DNA of 64,000 bases from Eledone cirrhosa (GCA_964016885.1 OZ024743.1:256246001-256310000), one strand, 5' to 3'; positions 45,206 through 59,202 are shown, numbered from the stretch's first letter. Numbers and translations are program-made. Notes: generated from the sequence alone by a model not told the origin.

Positions 45206-45406
45206 GTGAGGTCTTTTTACAAAATGAGAAAAAAAAGCCGAGGTGTCCTACACGAGTGAAAGTATAAGGAAAAAAGATGAAATCGAAAATGCAACTGGAG
45301 TCTTTTTTTTTTTTATATTTATTTATTTGATTCCTTTACCGGTTTCGCAGTTCTTTGGCTTCTCAAAAGTAGATTGAGATGGAGGGTTTGTGGTTTTTTT
45401 CACATC
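45199..45406 (-). mobile_element. Repeat family with U3-A8 hammerhead (45334-45369); longer copy at 59995-60530
   Basis: Shared end abutting (TA)n; ctt-TTGAGAA-gc..gc-GAAA-ccgg-TA-aag. Confidence 0.7.
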
Positions 45407-47243
45407 TTATATATATATGTGGCTTTTCTCACATATATATATATATGCATATACTATGTGTATATATATATATATATAATTATGCCTAAATATATATATA
45501 TATTGATACACACATATTCCTACAAACAACACACAGATATATATATATATATATATACATTTATATATATAAGCATTGTATATAATTATATATAACAGAC
45601 ATTGTGACTAAATTGCTAAATTGTAAACTTCTTAAGATGGTAATTTACTGAGGGGGTGGAGAATTATGAGGTCGCTACAAACTTAGTGTGAATAGGTGTG
45701 CCGACAGAATTTCAACCATTTCTACTTGATGAAGCTCCAGAAATTCAGGAAAAATGTACTGAAGAAATGAGATACAAAAAAAAAATAGAAGACATATAAA
45801 AACAACAAATAGATATACACCAAACAAGAAAACCATGCAATGTAGTGTTTTTTTTGTGTCACAGAAGTAAGTCTGGAACATGATATGCAATTATCCTGAT
45901 GGAATGATCTTAGCATCTCAAAATAATGGTAGAATAAGGTAAAAATAAATGAGCAGAGATGGTAAATTATTTAGTGTCTGTTAGCATTGTTGGTCTATCA
46001 AAAAATAAAAATGATAACTAAGAAATATTTGTTTGTTCTTCCTACACAAATAGAAACACCATTATTGCAATATAACACTGCTTATAATTTTACATACACA
46101 CACAAATAGATAATTATATATATATAATAAAGTATAGTTTTCTGAAGATGATTGGAAAAAAAACCCAACAGAGTTATATAAGGTACGCAATACATTAGTA
46201 AAGAGGAAACATATTTATTTCATATAGAAATTACTTCTTACAGAACTAGAACTGTTTCATTTGTATGAAATCATTTGACACCCTAACAACTCAGCTAATA
46301 ATTGAATCAGATGTTGTAAGCAAGAAAGAAAACTGCACTAGTTTTGAAATGTGTTGTATATGGATGTGGAATGCTTGATGAAGAAATTCAAGGTGATGCC
46401 AGTGGAAAGAAAGCTGTAGTAGTGGAAGACCAAGAAAATATGACCAGAGGTAAGTAGTGCTGATCACAAAGGGTTGGACCACAAAGTGGTGATGGAGGAA
46501 TGTAACTAGTGGTGGAAGTCTGTGCTGAAAAGACCCATCCAACCCACACAAGCATGAAAATGAGGGTGAAGACAGCTAAGAGATACAATACGCTGTTGGA
46601 GTACACACAATGGTGAACAAAATAGAATGTACATGGATATGAAGGAGGTGTTTTCATAAATGCATCAGGTTTCCCTGAGCAGGTCATTTCTTTTGTCCCA
46701 ACGCTGGAGCTTTTCTGTTTTTGAACATGAAGGAGGGTATGTTGCTGAGAAATGTTTCTTAGAAATGTTTGACTATCAGTTCTCTGTAGTTCATCATGGC
46801 ACTCTAAGGTATGATAAGAGTGCATGTGTGTTTGAAAATAACATATATGTATATCAACACACATTAAGTGTGAAGCGCTAACTTTCAAGCATACAAGGCA
46901 CTAAGAGAATAAAGTTTATAGAAGATCTAATATACTTAGGTGCAGAAACTACATATAAGTACAATAAGATGCTAAAAAAAAGCTTATAAAATCAGGTAAA
47001 TATGCTTAGAGATAGAAACACATGTTGCCAGCAGTTGCTACTAGGGATCAAACTTAGGAAACACTGTACTGTCTCGATAACTAGAGCACTCAGCCAGTAT
47101 CTGAGAAATACAGAATATGATACCTTATAGAGGCCACTGGCAACTTCTTTTTCAATCTTAAAGTATATTCACCATATTTTATAAGCTATTTTATATCACC
47201 TGACTGTAGATCTAGTTATTTTCTGCACTCTCTTCTAACACAG

Positions 47244-47279
<36 letters not shown>

Positions 47280-47280
47280 T

Positions 47281-47342
<62 letters not shown>

Positions 47343-47344
47343 AA

Positions 47345-47409
<65 letters not shown>

Positions 47410-47451
47410 ATATATAATATAAGATCAAAAGATGGTTAAAAGAGTTCCAAG

Positions 47452-47522
47452 TATTTTATTATGTGCATTTCAAAAACAAATATCATCACGGGATGATATT
47501 TGCGTTCTCATCAGCTAAAATA
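47452..47522 (-). ncRNA. Hammerhead ribozyme in pLTR
   Basis: CTGATGA-gaacgcaaatatcatc ccgt gatgatatttgttttt-GAAA-tgcaca-TA-ataaaata. Confidence 0.8.
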
Positions 47523-48414
47523 GGGAGACATGATATGAAGCTTAAAAAACACTTGCGAGCAGTGAAGTGTTAAATCAACATATGAAAAATCAAGTAAGAT
47601 GGATATATGAAATTGGGAAAAAAGGAGGGGGGTAGGAAAAGGTAAGGAAGAGGAAGAAAGAAAATAAAGGATGACGGGGGAGGAGTATAAGAAGGAAGGA
47701 TGAGAGAGGAGGAGAAATGAGTGATAGAGAGAGAGAACTAGCCTTTAAAACGGAGAAAACATTGTCTCACAGAGAGAAATTAAAAAATCGTTGAAAGATA
47801 ATAGATAATTTAAAAAGATTTTGAAATTAAAAGTTAATGAGGTTTATGAATGGTGGTGTTTATGATTAAAGAAAAAGGAATTAAGAATAGTATTTATTTA
47901 AGGTTTTTATATTGAAGGGTTTAATTATATGTGCGAAAAAAAGAATGTTTTATTAAAATAAAAATATTAAGGATATTAAGGATATAATGTGAAAGAAGGA
48001 GAGATTAAATGAATTATGAACTTAGAGGAATTAGTTAGGGTTTAAGTTTGTTTTTATGTATTGTAATATGTAAAAGTAAATAATAGGTATAATACGAGCA
48101 CGGAAGGAGAGAAGATAGAAGAAAATTTAAGAAAGAAAAAATATCTAACGTCAAAAAGTATATATGTTTACAAATTTTCTAATGGTAATATTATTATATA
48201 TTAAAAAATATAATTTTTATGGCCAATAATATAAGGAAAAATGGAAAATGCTATGGTGTGTAATAATATGAATTAAGAAGTAATTGGGAAGTAAAAGTTA
48301 CAGATTAAAGATTGGAAATTAAAAAAGAAAAAGAAAAAAGGAAGAAAGGAAAAAGGATAAAAAGAAGAAAGATAGGGTACCTCTAACGACATAGAATGAG
48401 TAAATTGTATAATA

Positions 48415-48562
48415 TAATTGTTTCTACTTTAGGCACAAGGCCAGCAAATACCCAGTTCATTACTGGTACTTTATTTTATCGACCCCGTAAGGATGAAAGG
48501 CAAAGTCAACCTCGGCGGGATTTGAACTCAGATCGTAAAGGGACGTAACGATACTGCCAATC
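48415..48562 (-). mobile_element. tRNA-derived SINE nested in the PLE 3' region
   Basis: Same family as 58978-59168. Confidence 0.8.
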
Positions 48563-49264
48563 CTCAATATAATATACTGAAATAAGGTAGAAAGATGGGT
48601 ATATTTGTAAAAGATATAAAAGCCTTTGAGAAAAGAAGATTTTAAACTAATTAGGTATTGAGATATTAGCTGTATACTTTATGGAAAGTTCAATGGGCGA
48701 AAATAAATCAGTACGTCTATTTATTATAGAATTAAAATTAGATATAATGGTAAATTTCCCGGCTAGGCAGAGATTACATGTTCTGGATAGGGAAGAATTC
48801 CGGTAAGCAAAGACGTTGCAAACCTTCGCCAAGAGTGTTATAGTTAATATTTTTGTCTTTTAAGGACCATATGAGTTCCGAGAGTGCCGTGTTTGTTCCT
48901 TTAAGTTGGTATTTAAAAGACGATTTGTGATTATAAAATCTTGCTTTAAAGGAAATGGAAGTGGAACCGAAATACGTAAAAGAATTAGTATCAGTTATAA
49001 CCTTACATTCATACACTAAGTTTTTATCAAGACATTGGTTATTAAGAGGACATTTAGTTCTAACAGGGCAATTACAATTACGATTAGAGAAATTAACAGA
49101 GTTATTAACAAGTGACCTAATATTATTTATAGAAGGAATTGGATTGGAGAAGTTATTTATGATAGATTGGTGTTATGAACATTCAACGAAGTTACGTTTG
49201 ACGTCGTATTTAAATTTACTGAATCTAGCCTAGAGTTAACATTGACGTCGGGTTTACTATTGCT

Positions 49265-49549
49265 ATTATTATGACGCTCAGTCTGAGTTCAAATCCCGCC
49301 GAGGTTAACTTTGCCTTTCATCCTTACGGGGTCGATAACATAAAGTACCAGTAATGTACTGGATAATTTCTGGCCTTGTGCCTAAAGTAGAAACAATTAT
49401 TATGACGCTCAGTAAACTCTGAGTTCAAATCCCGCCGAGTTTAACTTTGCTTTCATCCTTATGGGGTCGATAAAATAAAGTACCAGTAATGCACTGGGTA
49501 ATTGCTGGCCTTGTGCCAAAAAGCAGAAACAATTATTATGACGCTCAGT
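49265..49549 (+). mobile_element. Two 5'-truncated SINEs nested in the PLE ORF
   Basis: Target sequence attattatgacgctcagt present three times. Confidence 0.85.
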
Positions 49550-51240
49550 GTTGGATGGAGATAATTTATTATTTAATATTTTATTATTGTGTTTAGAGAC
49601 AATGTTAGAGATGTTGGAAGTGGTGGAATAAGAGAATTTGATTGTATGTTTGTTAAAGATTTTACTATAGATATGCGAGTGAGGGAAGCATTTATCTAAG
49701 GCCCTAAAGAATAGTTTAGGAATATTACTAGTAATAGATGGAGAAAAAGGTGCATTATACCAAATCATATTTTTGTATCTAGGTCTTTTATTTAAGTTAT
49801 TGGAATGTTCATAATTAACTATTTTACTATAAGTCCTTCGGTGATTGGTTTCTTTACTGTATTTAATTTTATCACGATAACCGGCTTTGGAAAGCGCATT
49901 ATTATAGTAATTGACATTAACGTCGAAGATAACTTTATTAGAGGATAGATTTGAGATTCTTTTTTCAATATTACTGACTATAGCATTTTTAACGTTAGTG
50001 GGGTGGTTAGATTTAAAATTAACATAATTTAGATTCTCATTGTCTTTATGGTAAGGGTAATATAGACCAGTGTCAAGATTAAGGGATATATCCAGGAAGT
50101 TAGCTAGTTTGACGTTGTTATCAAATTCAATTTTAAGGTTATGGTGCTTAAATAGATCAAGTATATTGTTCTTAATAATATTAAGGTTAACTAAGTTACA
50201 GTTTAAGACAGTAAAAAGGGCATCGTCACGATAAATTCCACCGCGAAGTTGAGGAATTTTCCGATTTAAAGAATTCAAAATAAAGATACCAATCAAGTCC
50301 GTCAGTTGCGATGAATCGGATTGTGATATCAAAACTGTTGGAAGTATCAGCTCTAGTCCAATATTCATTGTTGAATTCCAAGATAGTTTTTCTTGCGGTG
50401 AGAATGATGTAAAGTTCATCTGTGGTAATGTCAGAATATTTAAATGGGAAAGATAGAGCGTTGTTGAGGAGTGAAGGCGAAATAGAAGAATAGTAACTGG
50501 CAATGTCAAACTGAATACATTTTTGTTTGTTTTTATTATTCAGGTCATTGAACCAGCTAATTACTTCAGATGTACGAATCCATAAATTTAAGTTAGAAAT
50601 AGAGCAATTAGAACGAACCTTAAATTTTCTTCTTTCTTCTCTCCTTCCGTGCTCGTATTATACCTATTATTTACTTTTACATATTACAATACATAAAAAC
50701 AAACTTAAACCCTAACTAATTCCTCTAAGTTCATAATTCATTTAATCTCTCCTTCTTTCACATTATATCCTTAATATCCTTAATATTTTTATTTTAATAA
50801 AACATATTAATAAATTCTTTTTTCGCACATATTATTAAACCCTTCAATATATAAACCTTAAATAAATACTATTCTTAATTCCTTTTTCTTTGATCATAAA
50901 CATCACCATTCATAAACCTCATTAACTTTTAATTTCAAAATCTTTTTAAATTATCTATTATCTTTCAACGATTTTTTAATTTCTCTCTGTGAGACAATGT
51001 TTTCTCAGTTGTAAAGGTTATTTCTCTCTCTCTATCACTCATTTCTCCTCCTCTCTCATCCTTCCTTCTTATACTCCTCCCCCGTCATCTTTTATTTTCT
51101 TTCTTCCTCTTCCTTACCTTTTCCTACTACCCCTCCCTCCTTTTTCCCAATTTCATATATCCATCTTACTTTATTTTTCATATGTTGATTTAACACTTCA
51201 CTGCTCGCAAGTGTTTTTTAAGCTTCATATCATGTCTCCC

Positions 51241-51311
51241 TATTTTATCTGATGAGAACGTAAATATCATCCCATGATGATATTTGTTTTTGAAATGAGC
51301 ATAATAAAATA
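51241..51311 (+). ncRNA. Hammerhead ribozyme in the inverted pLTR
   Basis: tattttat-CTGATGA-long helix II-GAAA-tgagca-TA-ataaaata; 8-bp helix I. Confidence 0.8.
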
Positions 51312-51433
51312 CTTGGAACCCTTTTAACCATCTTTTGATCGTATATTATTTATACTCCAGTCCTATAAACTGTGGAGTGCTACTTATTCGATATTTGCAT
51401 TGCTTTATTGTGCTACAATAAAACTCACCTCCT

Positions 51434-51473
<40 letters not shown>

Positions 51474-51631
51474 GTATAAAACAGATCATGTACCTGAAGA
51501 AACAGCTAATTTTACATATGAAAAGAATCAAAGCATTTGCAAAAATGCTGAAATTTAACTTTCTCTGCTAGGTGCAAAATGATAGGGAAAAAGAATTCAC
51601 AGAAAACATATCAATAAATTGATTGCTTCTG

Positions 51632-51711
<80 letters not shown>

Positions 51712-51768
51712 ATGTGTGTGTGTCTGTGTGTGTGTGTATCTATATATATGTATGTGTATATATATATG

Positions 51769-51857
<89 letters not shown>

Positions 51858-51898
51858 ATATATATGTATGTGTATGTGCATATATATATATGAATGTG

Positions 51899-51929
<31 letters not shown>

Positions 51930-52052
51930 ATATGTGTGTGTGTATATATATATATATATGTATATTTATGTATATGTGTGTATATATGTATATATATATG
52001 TATATGTATATATATGTGTGTGTATGTGTTTGTGTGTATATATATATATATA

Positions 52053-52112
<60 letters not shown>

Positions 52113-52473
52113 TATGCCATCATCATCATCATCATCATCGTTTAATGTCCATTTCCCATGTTGGGTACCATGATTTAGATGAGTTGTGTTGGTGTTGTGA
52201 GACATGTAAGATGGTGTGACAGTGTTTTACTCCATCAGAACTGTAACTAGCTTGGTTTCTTATTGCTGGATATTCTTCCTAACATCTACCACATTTACAC
52301 CATCAACTGGGTGCTTTTTGTCATGACAATAACATGACTATATTTTACTTTACAAGGTGTACTGTGTGCTTTTTATTGTGCCCCCAAAACGACAACATTA
52401 CAGGGTATATATATATATATCATGATCAGTAATTTATGTCCATTTTCCCAGCAGTAATTTATATGTATGTTTG

Positions 52474-52504
<31 letters not shown>

Positions 52505-53113
52505 GTCAGGTCACCAGTTGGTGCTACTGGTAACATGTATCCCAGTACAACCTGTCCCATGGTCGGGTCGTTGGCGACTAAACTGGCAAACCCACCAAGG
52601 TTTCTTGGTGAGGAGGGTGACTTTGGACATCCTGCAGGACTAAAAACAAAACCTGTCAAAGGGCAAAGGAGCTCTTAAGAGTCAATGGCCATCCAAAATC
52701 ACCGGGAGAGATGACCCCTTAGCCTTTGTCAAGGCAGAATTCTAGGAGAAGGAAAACTCTGATATAACACCTGCAAACCTGATGGTATCCAATGATGTTG
52801 ACTTGTTCTTCTTTTTGGTAAATATCATCTTGGTTAAGAGAGTGGGACTGGCTTTGTGCAGTGCCTTTGCTCACTATAAAAGCTTCACGGCACAGGCATT
52901 GCTTTATATCTGGAGATCTCTCTGCACTTGTCGTCACATGGTACCATGGGCCCAGCACTATGTGTCAATAATTGTCACAGGTGTAGTGTTTGTACCAGAG
53001 TTTTCAAGTCTCTGGCTAGACTAAAAAGTCACACTCGTTCAGCGCATCGGTAGGGGTTCTCCTACATGGATATAAAGTAGTGGCCGTACTCGAAAACGAG
53101 TTGGCAGCCACCA
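52505..53113 (+). mobile_element. ~600-bp non-autonomous LINE derivative
   Basis: Reverse complement of 35450-36047. Confidence 0.7.
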
Positions 53114-53222
53114 TATATATATAGACCCTCTTCTTGCTATCTCAAGTGTTAACCTAATATATCCCTTCCATATACTGTACCGATTGTGTTGTTATTTTTG
53201 TTTACCTTTTACATACACACAG

Positions 53223-53295
<73 letters not shown>

Positions 53296-53298
<3 letters not shown>

Positions 53299-55087
53299 TT
53301 AAGGATACTATTTATGGTTATGTATATACTAAAATCTTTTATAGTTATATATATATTATACCCTAAATAGTGAAAGACAGTAATTTATTACTATCTTATT
53401 ACCAGTAAGATAAATAGCTCAATGTAATAACATCAGTTGTTTTACAGAACAGTTATATAGAGATTACATGAAACAAAGTTCTGTTTAAATCATTTATTTG
53501 CTTACAATTGTTTCTTCCAAACCGAGGTTTGGGGTCTTCGGAGCAATTATTCAGTCATTTTTAACATACTTGACCTCCTTTTCAACACAAGAGACATATA
53601 GAAACATATGTATATATTGACCCACAGTGGGTTGACATCCATTATAATAATATAGCATGGTAATTTACATACAAAGATTACAGTCATATTAAAGGACAAA
53701 ATTAAAGTTACAATTAAAATTAAAATTAAAACATTGGCAGTCTACTACGATAAAGCAAAAGGAAAGTTTGGAGTAGCCAGTGTATGCAACGGTCACACGT
53801 GGCATGCACGCGTGTCCTATTTATACAAGATTATAGTGCGGCAGATTGTTACAAGTAAAACAAGCAGTCAAAGCAGGCAATCAAGAGCATCATGGGGGCT
53901 GAACTGGTAAAGCATTATGCACACACACCTGTACGATATAGAAGCCCGTGTGTGGAGAAACACCAAAAATATCAAAAATATTACAAATGAGAAGCAAAAC
54001 AGGATTCATATATAGAAGGTATTCTAATAGGACCCTGCCAGGTCCTGCGGGTGGACTACACTTACAAAGATCATTGATTTGGAGATCTGACTCATCATGT
54101 GGAATGTTCGGTGGGAGGACTCTATGATAGAAGGTAATCATCCTAATATGAACACCTTTAGTACTTCTTGATAGACTACACTGTAATTTATAGATAAGAT
54201 ACTTAAATTTAGAAATTGTTTATAACCTTATATGATGGGAACTCATTTGAGACACCATTAATGCACTTTACGATAATAAATTTAGCTATAGAAATCAGCT
54301 AGTTACCTCCCCTTACGCATTAACTCCCCTTAATCACACTCACACTTCCGGAATATAATACGATGTCATCTCTCACAACAAAAACAACCTGCTCTATAGA
54401 ATCGAATTAAAGAACGACAAGCTGTGATGTTCTAGCATGGTTCAATAGGCACACAATGTTGAATGATCGTGGATTGTGAGATGGACATGTAGTCTATAAA
54501 TTGCGTTTCCTGGATTGTGAGAGTGGTGGTGTGTACGAGAACAGTGGTGCTGTTTTGCTTCTCATTTGTAATATTTTTGATACTTTTGGTGTTTCTCCAC
54601 ACACGGGCTTCTATATCGTACAGGTGTGTGTGAATAATGCTTTACCAGTTCAGCCCCCATGATGCTCTTGATTGCCTTCTTTGACTGCTTGTTTTACTTG
54701 TAACAATCTGCCGCACTATAATTTTGTATAAATAGGACACGCGTGCATGCCACACGTGTGACTGTTGCATACACTGGCTACTCCAAACTTTCCTTTTGCT
54801 CTATCTTAGTAGACTGCCAATGTTTTAATTTTAATTTTAACTTTAATTTTGTCCTTTAATATGACTGTAATCTTTGTATGTAAATTACCATGCTATATTA
54901 TTATAATGGATGTCAACCCACTGTGGGTCAATATATACATATGTTTCTATATGTCTCTTGTGTTGAAAAGGAGGTCAAGTATGTTAAAAATGACTGAATA
55001 ATTGCTCCGAAGACCCCAAACCTCGGTTTGGAAGAAACAATTGTAAGCAAATAAATGATTTAAACAGAACTTTGTTTCATGTAATCT
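53296..55087 (-). mobile_element. Non-coding PLE-type element with ~540-bp inverted repeats, HHR-like motif in each (53498-53546 minus, 55002-55050 plus)
   Basis: Arms ~53460-54002 and 54549-55087; ttgct-CCGAAGA-..ccaaacc tc ggtttgg..-GAAA-c aatt g-TA-agcaa. Confidence 0.8.
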
Positions 55088-55119
55088 ATCTATCTATATA
55101 TATATATATATATAAATAT

Positions 55120-55156
<37 letters not shown>

Positions 55157-55176
55157 CAGATATATTTATATATATA

Positions 55177-55354
<178 letters not shown>

Positions 55355-56481
55355 AATATATACATATATATATATATATAAATATATAGATACATTTACA
55401 ATACAGAAACACACACACATATATATATATATACACATATACATTACTGGCAAAAATAGAAGGTTGTTTCGTGCCTAACATAACTGCAGGTCAACTACAC
55501 ATCTTATGACATGAGAAGATCCACTGGCATCCTTTTCCAATCTGGGAAGCCAGATATGCAGATGGACACACATGGACACACACACACGCACACACACACA
55601 CACAAGCTCATACATATATATATATACACACTTTCACACACACACACACACATATATATATATTGAATTGCTAGTGCCTTCAAAAGAAATATTTATACAT
55701 ATTTTCTTCGTGATCACTTCTAAACTGCATTAAACTTTCATAGATTTTCTTCAAAGTAAACTCCATTCTTTAAAGAAGCTCTCTCATCTTCTCTCTGACA
55801 AAGCATCTTTTGAACAGAAGATTTTGATTTTCTGAATTTTCTCATGTTTCAATATTTTACTTTGGGAAATTTACTGCTTGGTGAATTTATTTTATTTTGA
55901 TATTTTTAATTTTTTTATATATATGACTATTTTCTTTTTCAATTTTTGTCATTTAAGAGAAAAATCGTATTTAAATATCATAACTAAAATAATGATTTGT
56001 CACAAAGACATGGTGTTATTAAGTTGGTAGAGAATTGCAGGGAAGGAAAGAGGGAGAGAGAGACAGGAGAGGGTGTTAAGTTCATTGACTTGTGTATGTA
56101 TAATGTATGATTGATACTATAATTCATAAATCATATGGCTGTTAGTGTGTATGTGTGATGTGTTTGTGGTGTATTTGCATGGATACATAATATATATGTG
56201 TGTGTGTGCTTAAATATATATGCATAAGTAAACTTAAATTTAAGCAGTTTTATACAAATATATATCTACATATATACATATAGGTATATAAACACAAATA
56301 AACATGCATATAGCTAAAACTGTTTAAGCTATTTGTGTTTATGTGTCTATATTCATTTTATTAAGGCTAAATAGGTGAACCTCCAGCATAACAAGACTCA
56401 CTATTTAGCCTTAATAAAATAAATATTAAAACTCTACTTCTGTCCTGAGTACTCTTTTTTCCTCAGCTGTCAACTACATGT

Positions 56482-56586
<105 letters not shown>

Positions 56587-57364
56587 CATTAAAACAACAG
56601 AAGGATGGTGTTATATCGATAGCAGATGGTCCCTGAATGACACCTGATGCCAGCTTTTTGGGCTGGCAGGATAGGTGGAAGAGGTAAGGGTTGCCAAGTA
56701 GTGACAGAGATATATCCATCTTAGAGAATACCATTCCTCAATTATACCAGGTGCTTCACTGCTGTGATGGTATTTAAAGGGGAACAGAGGTAGGTAAAAT
56801 GTTAAAATAGAAAAAAATGATAATAATATCGCCTAGAATAGAATAGGGGATTTAAATAGATAAAACAAGATACAAACAATTATAAAGCTTATAAGGTTGC
56901 CTGAATAATTAGAATTATAAGATTAGGGAATTTTCAAAAACAATAAAGTTTACTAGAACTTACAAACATTATATGCTAAATTTATGTTAAATAAAGGCAG
57001 TTATTTTTTTTTACTTCTAATGGAAGAATAAAGGGTTGTCAGGCTATTTCATGCATATATGTAAGCTTGCATTAAGGGCTAAATTTGGTGCGGTTTATTT
57101 TCAACTAGTCATGTAGTCCAGCATCCCATTGTGAAGTCCAAAGTAAATAGATTTCTAGTGACCGATTATATTAAAAAAGTGAAGGAAGGGAAAACTGATT
57201 AATTAATAAATTCCAAGCACTCAAGGTCTATAACTAAAATTAGTCTGAATAACGTGCTACTCAAAGTACAACACACTGGCAGTCAATGAATTAACACACC
57301 TCCCAAATGACCCCATACTAAGGAAAATGATATGATGATATATATATATATATATATATATATA

Positions 57365-57690
57365 TTTCGTTTCTGAATTTGTTTAGCAAGATTCTTTATC
57401 TGAAAACGTGTGTTGAAACCGATATTGTTATGCTTTGGGAGGGACATGTTGCCAATAAGAAACACACGCACCAGTTGCTTTCACTTCAATTTATTATAAA
57501 TTAAATTTATAAATTTAAGAATTTATAAATTTCCGGTTGGTTGGTTGGTTCCACAACCAGACGATTGTTCATATATTGTCAAAGTTCTTTCGTCACACAT
57601 TATGTGACCTCTTCAGTGACTGGGGATTCTTTTCTTTGTTTTTGTGCCTCTCTTTTGTTCTGTCCTACGCCATCTTGTTTTTGTGTGTGT
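57365..57690 (-). mobile_element. Truncated copy of the 16866-17922 family with intact HHR
   Basis: Same end ttcgtttctgaatttgtttagc next to (TA)n. Confidence 0.85.
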
Positions 57691-57703
57691 GTATATATAT
57701 ATA

Positions 57704-57756
<53 letters not shown>

Positions 57757-57989
57757 GCATATATATATATGTGTGTGTGTGTGTGTATATATATGCATGT
57801 GTAAATAAATATACATATAACTGTGTGATGTAGTAATGATTCCTAAGTGTAGACTTTGGCTAGATATGAACATGACAAATTCCATATACACCATTCACAT
57901 AAGTTTTGCTTTTTATGATATCAATATACAGGGGACTATAGGTTGTTACAAAGGTCTGCAGTATATGTATATATATATCCATATATATA

Positions 57990-58318
57990 AAGGGTAAAGA
58001 CCCCCTTCAGTCATGAATGACCATAGGATTTGCACCTAGAATGTCCCTTCGGGCAAGGTTGTTTGTGGATGACCAGAAGTCGCCCCTGCATACCAGTCTC
58101 CTCTCTCCACGCAACTCATGTTGTCCAAGGGAAAGGCAATGGCCGATAAAGCTTGGCACCAGTGACACTGCAACTCATTTCTATAGCTGAGTGAACTGGA
58201 GCAATACGAAATAAAGTGTCATGCTCAAGAACACAACACGAAGCCCGGTCCGAGAATAGAACTCACAACCTCACGATTGTAAACCTGATGCTCTAAACAC
58301 TAAGCCATGCAACTTCAC
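57990..58318 (-). mobile_element. tRNA-derived SINE, second family (head also at 62632-62777)
   Basis: Minus-strand A box tggcttagtg.ttag, B box gagttc.attc, CORE-like cttgagca.gacacttt. Confidence 0.7.
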
Positions 58319-58380
58319 ACACACACACACATATATATGTATGTATGTATGTATGCGTGTATATATATATATATATATAT

Positions 58381-58897
58381 CATCATTGTCATCATCATCG
58401 TTCAACGTCCATATTCCACGCTTGCATGGGTTTGGATGGGAGTTTTCCCACTTGAGGCAAGAGTGATTGTCTTGCTCGCATAGGACTGTCTGGCGGGTTT
58501 TCTACGGCTGGATGCCCTTCCTAACACCAACCACGTTTACAGTGTGAACTGGGAGGTTTTTACCGTGTTACCGACACGGCCACATTACAGCGTGGACTGT
58601 GTTTTTTTGTCGTGATACCTACACGACCTCATTTGTTTCGGACTGGATGTTGTGGTACCAACATAACTTTACATTGAAAGGGATTTGTGTGGGTGGGGGT
58701 AGTGGGGCGGGGGTGTATTTTGTTAGAGGTGCCTACTGACTGTAGTAGGTTTCACTTTGTACTTAGGTAAGGCGGGTCTTCTCTATTACTGTGTAGCGCC
58801 AATAATAGAGAAGACCCGCCTTACCTAAGTACAAAGTGAAACCTACTACAGTCAGTAGGCACCTCTAACAAAATACACCCCTGTCCCACTACCCCCA
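58381..58897 (-). mobile_element. RTE 3' end with fold-back duplication
   Basis: Matches 12117-12590; arms 58694-58788 and 58803-58897. Confidence 0.85.
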
Positions 58898-58977
58898 TAT
58901 ATATATATAACGAAGGAAATGTGGTAAGGAACCAGATGGACCATAACGCACCAAATTACATATATATATATATTATA

Positions 58978-59162
58978 AGGGCGGTGGATTGGCAGTATCG
59001 GTAGAGGGTCGGACGCCATGCTTTCCAGCATAGTTACGTCCCTTTATGATCTGAGTTCAAATGCCGCCAAGGTTGATTTTGCCTTTCATCCTTACGGGGT
59101 CGATAAAATAAAGTACCAGTAATGCACTGGGTAATTGCTGGCCTTGTGTCTAAAGTAGAAAC

Positions 59163-59168
<6 letters not shown>
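58978..59168 (+). mobile_element. tRNA-derived SINE, near full length
   Basis: A and B boxes, conserved core, ATT tail. Confidence 0.8.

Positions 59169-59197
<29 letters not shown>

Positions 59198-59202
<5 letters not shown>

Larger units (their letters stand above)
47421..51341 (-). mobile_element. Penelope-like element with RT, GIY-YIG and ~710-bp inverted pseudo-LTRs
   Basis: QFDIASYYSSIS, GGIYRDDALF, NFLDISLNL, SNHP, IWYNAPFS, VYECKV..TYFGSTSISFKARFYNH, CNLC; arms 47421-48130 and 50618-51341. Confidence 0.95.

Noticed and set aside
56640-56672. ctgatg-ccagc..gctgg hairpin as an HHR
   Set aside because: Core incomplete; no GAAA or UH
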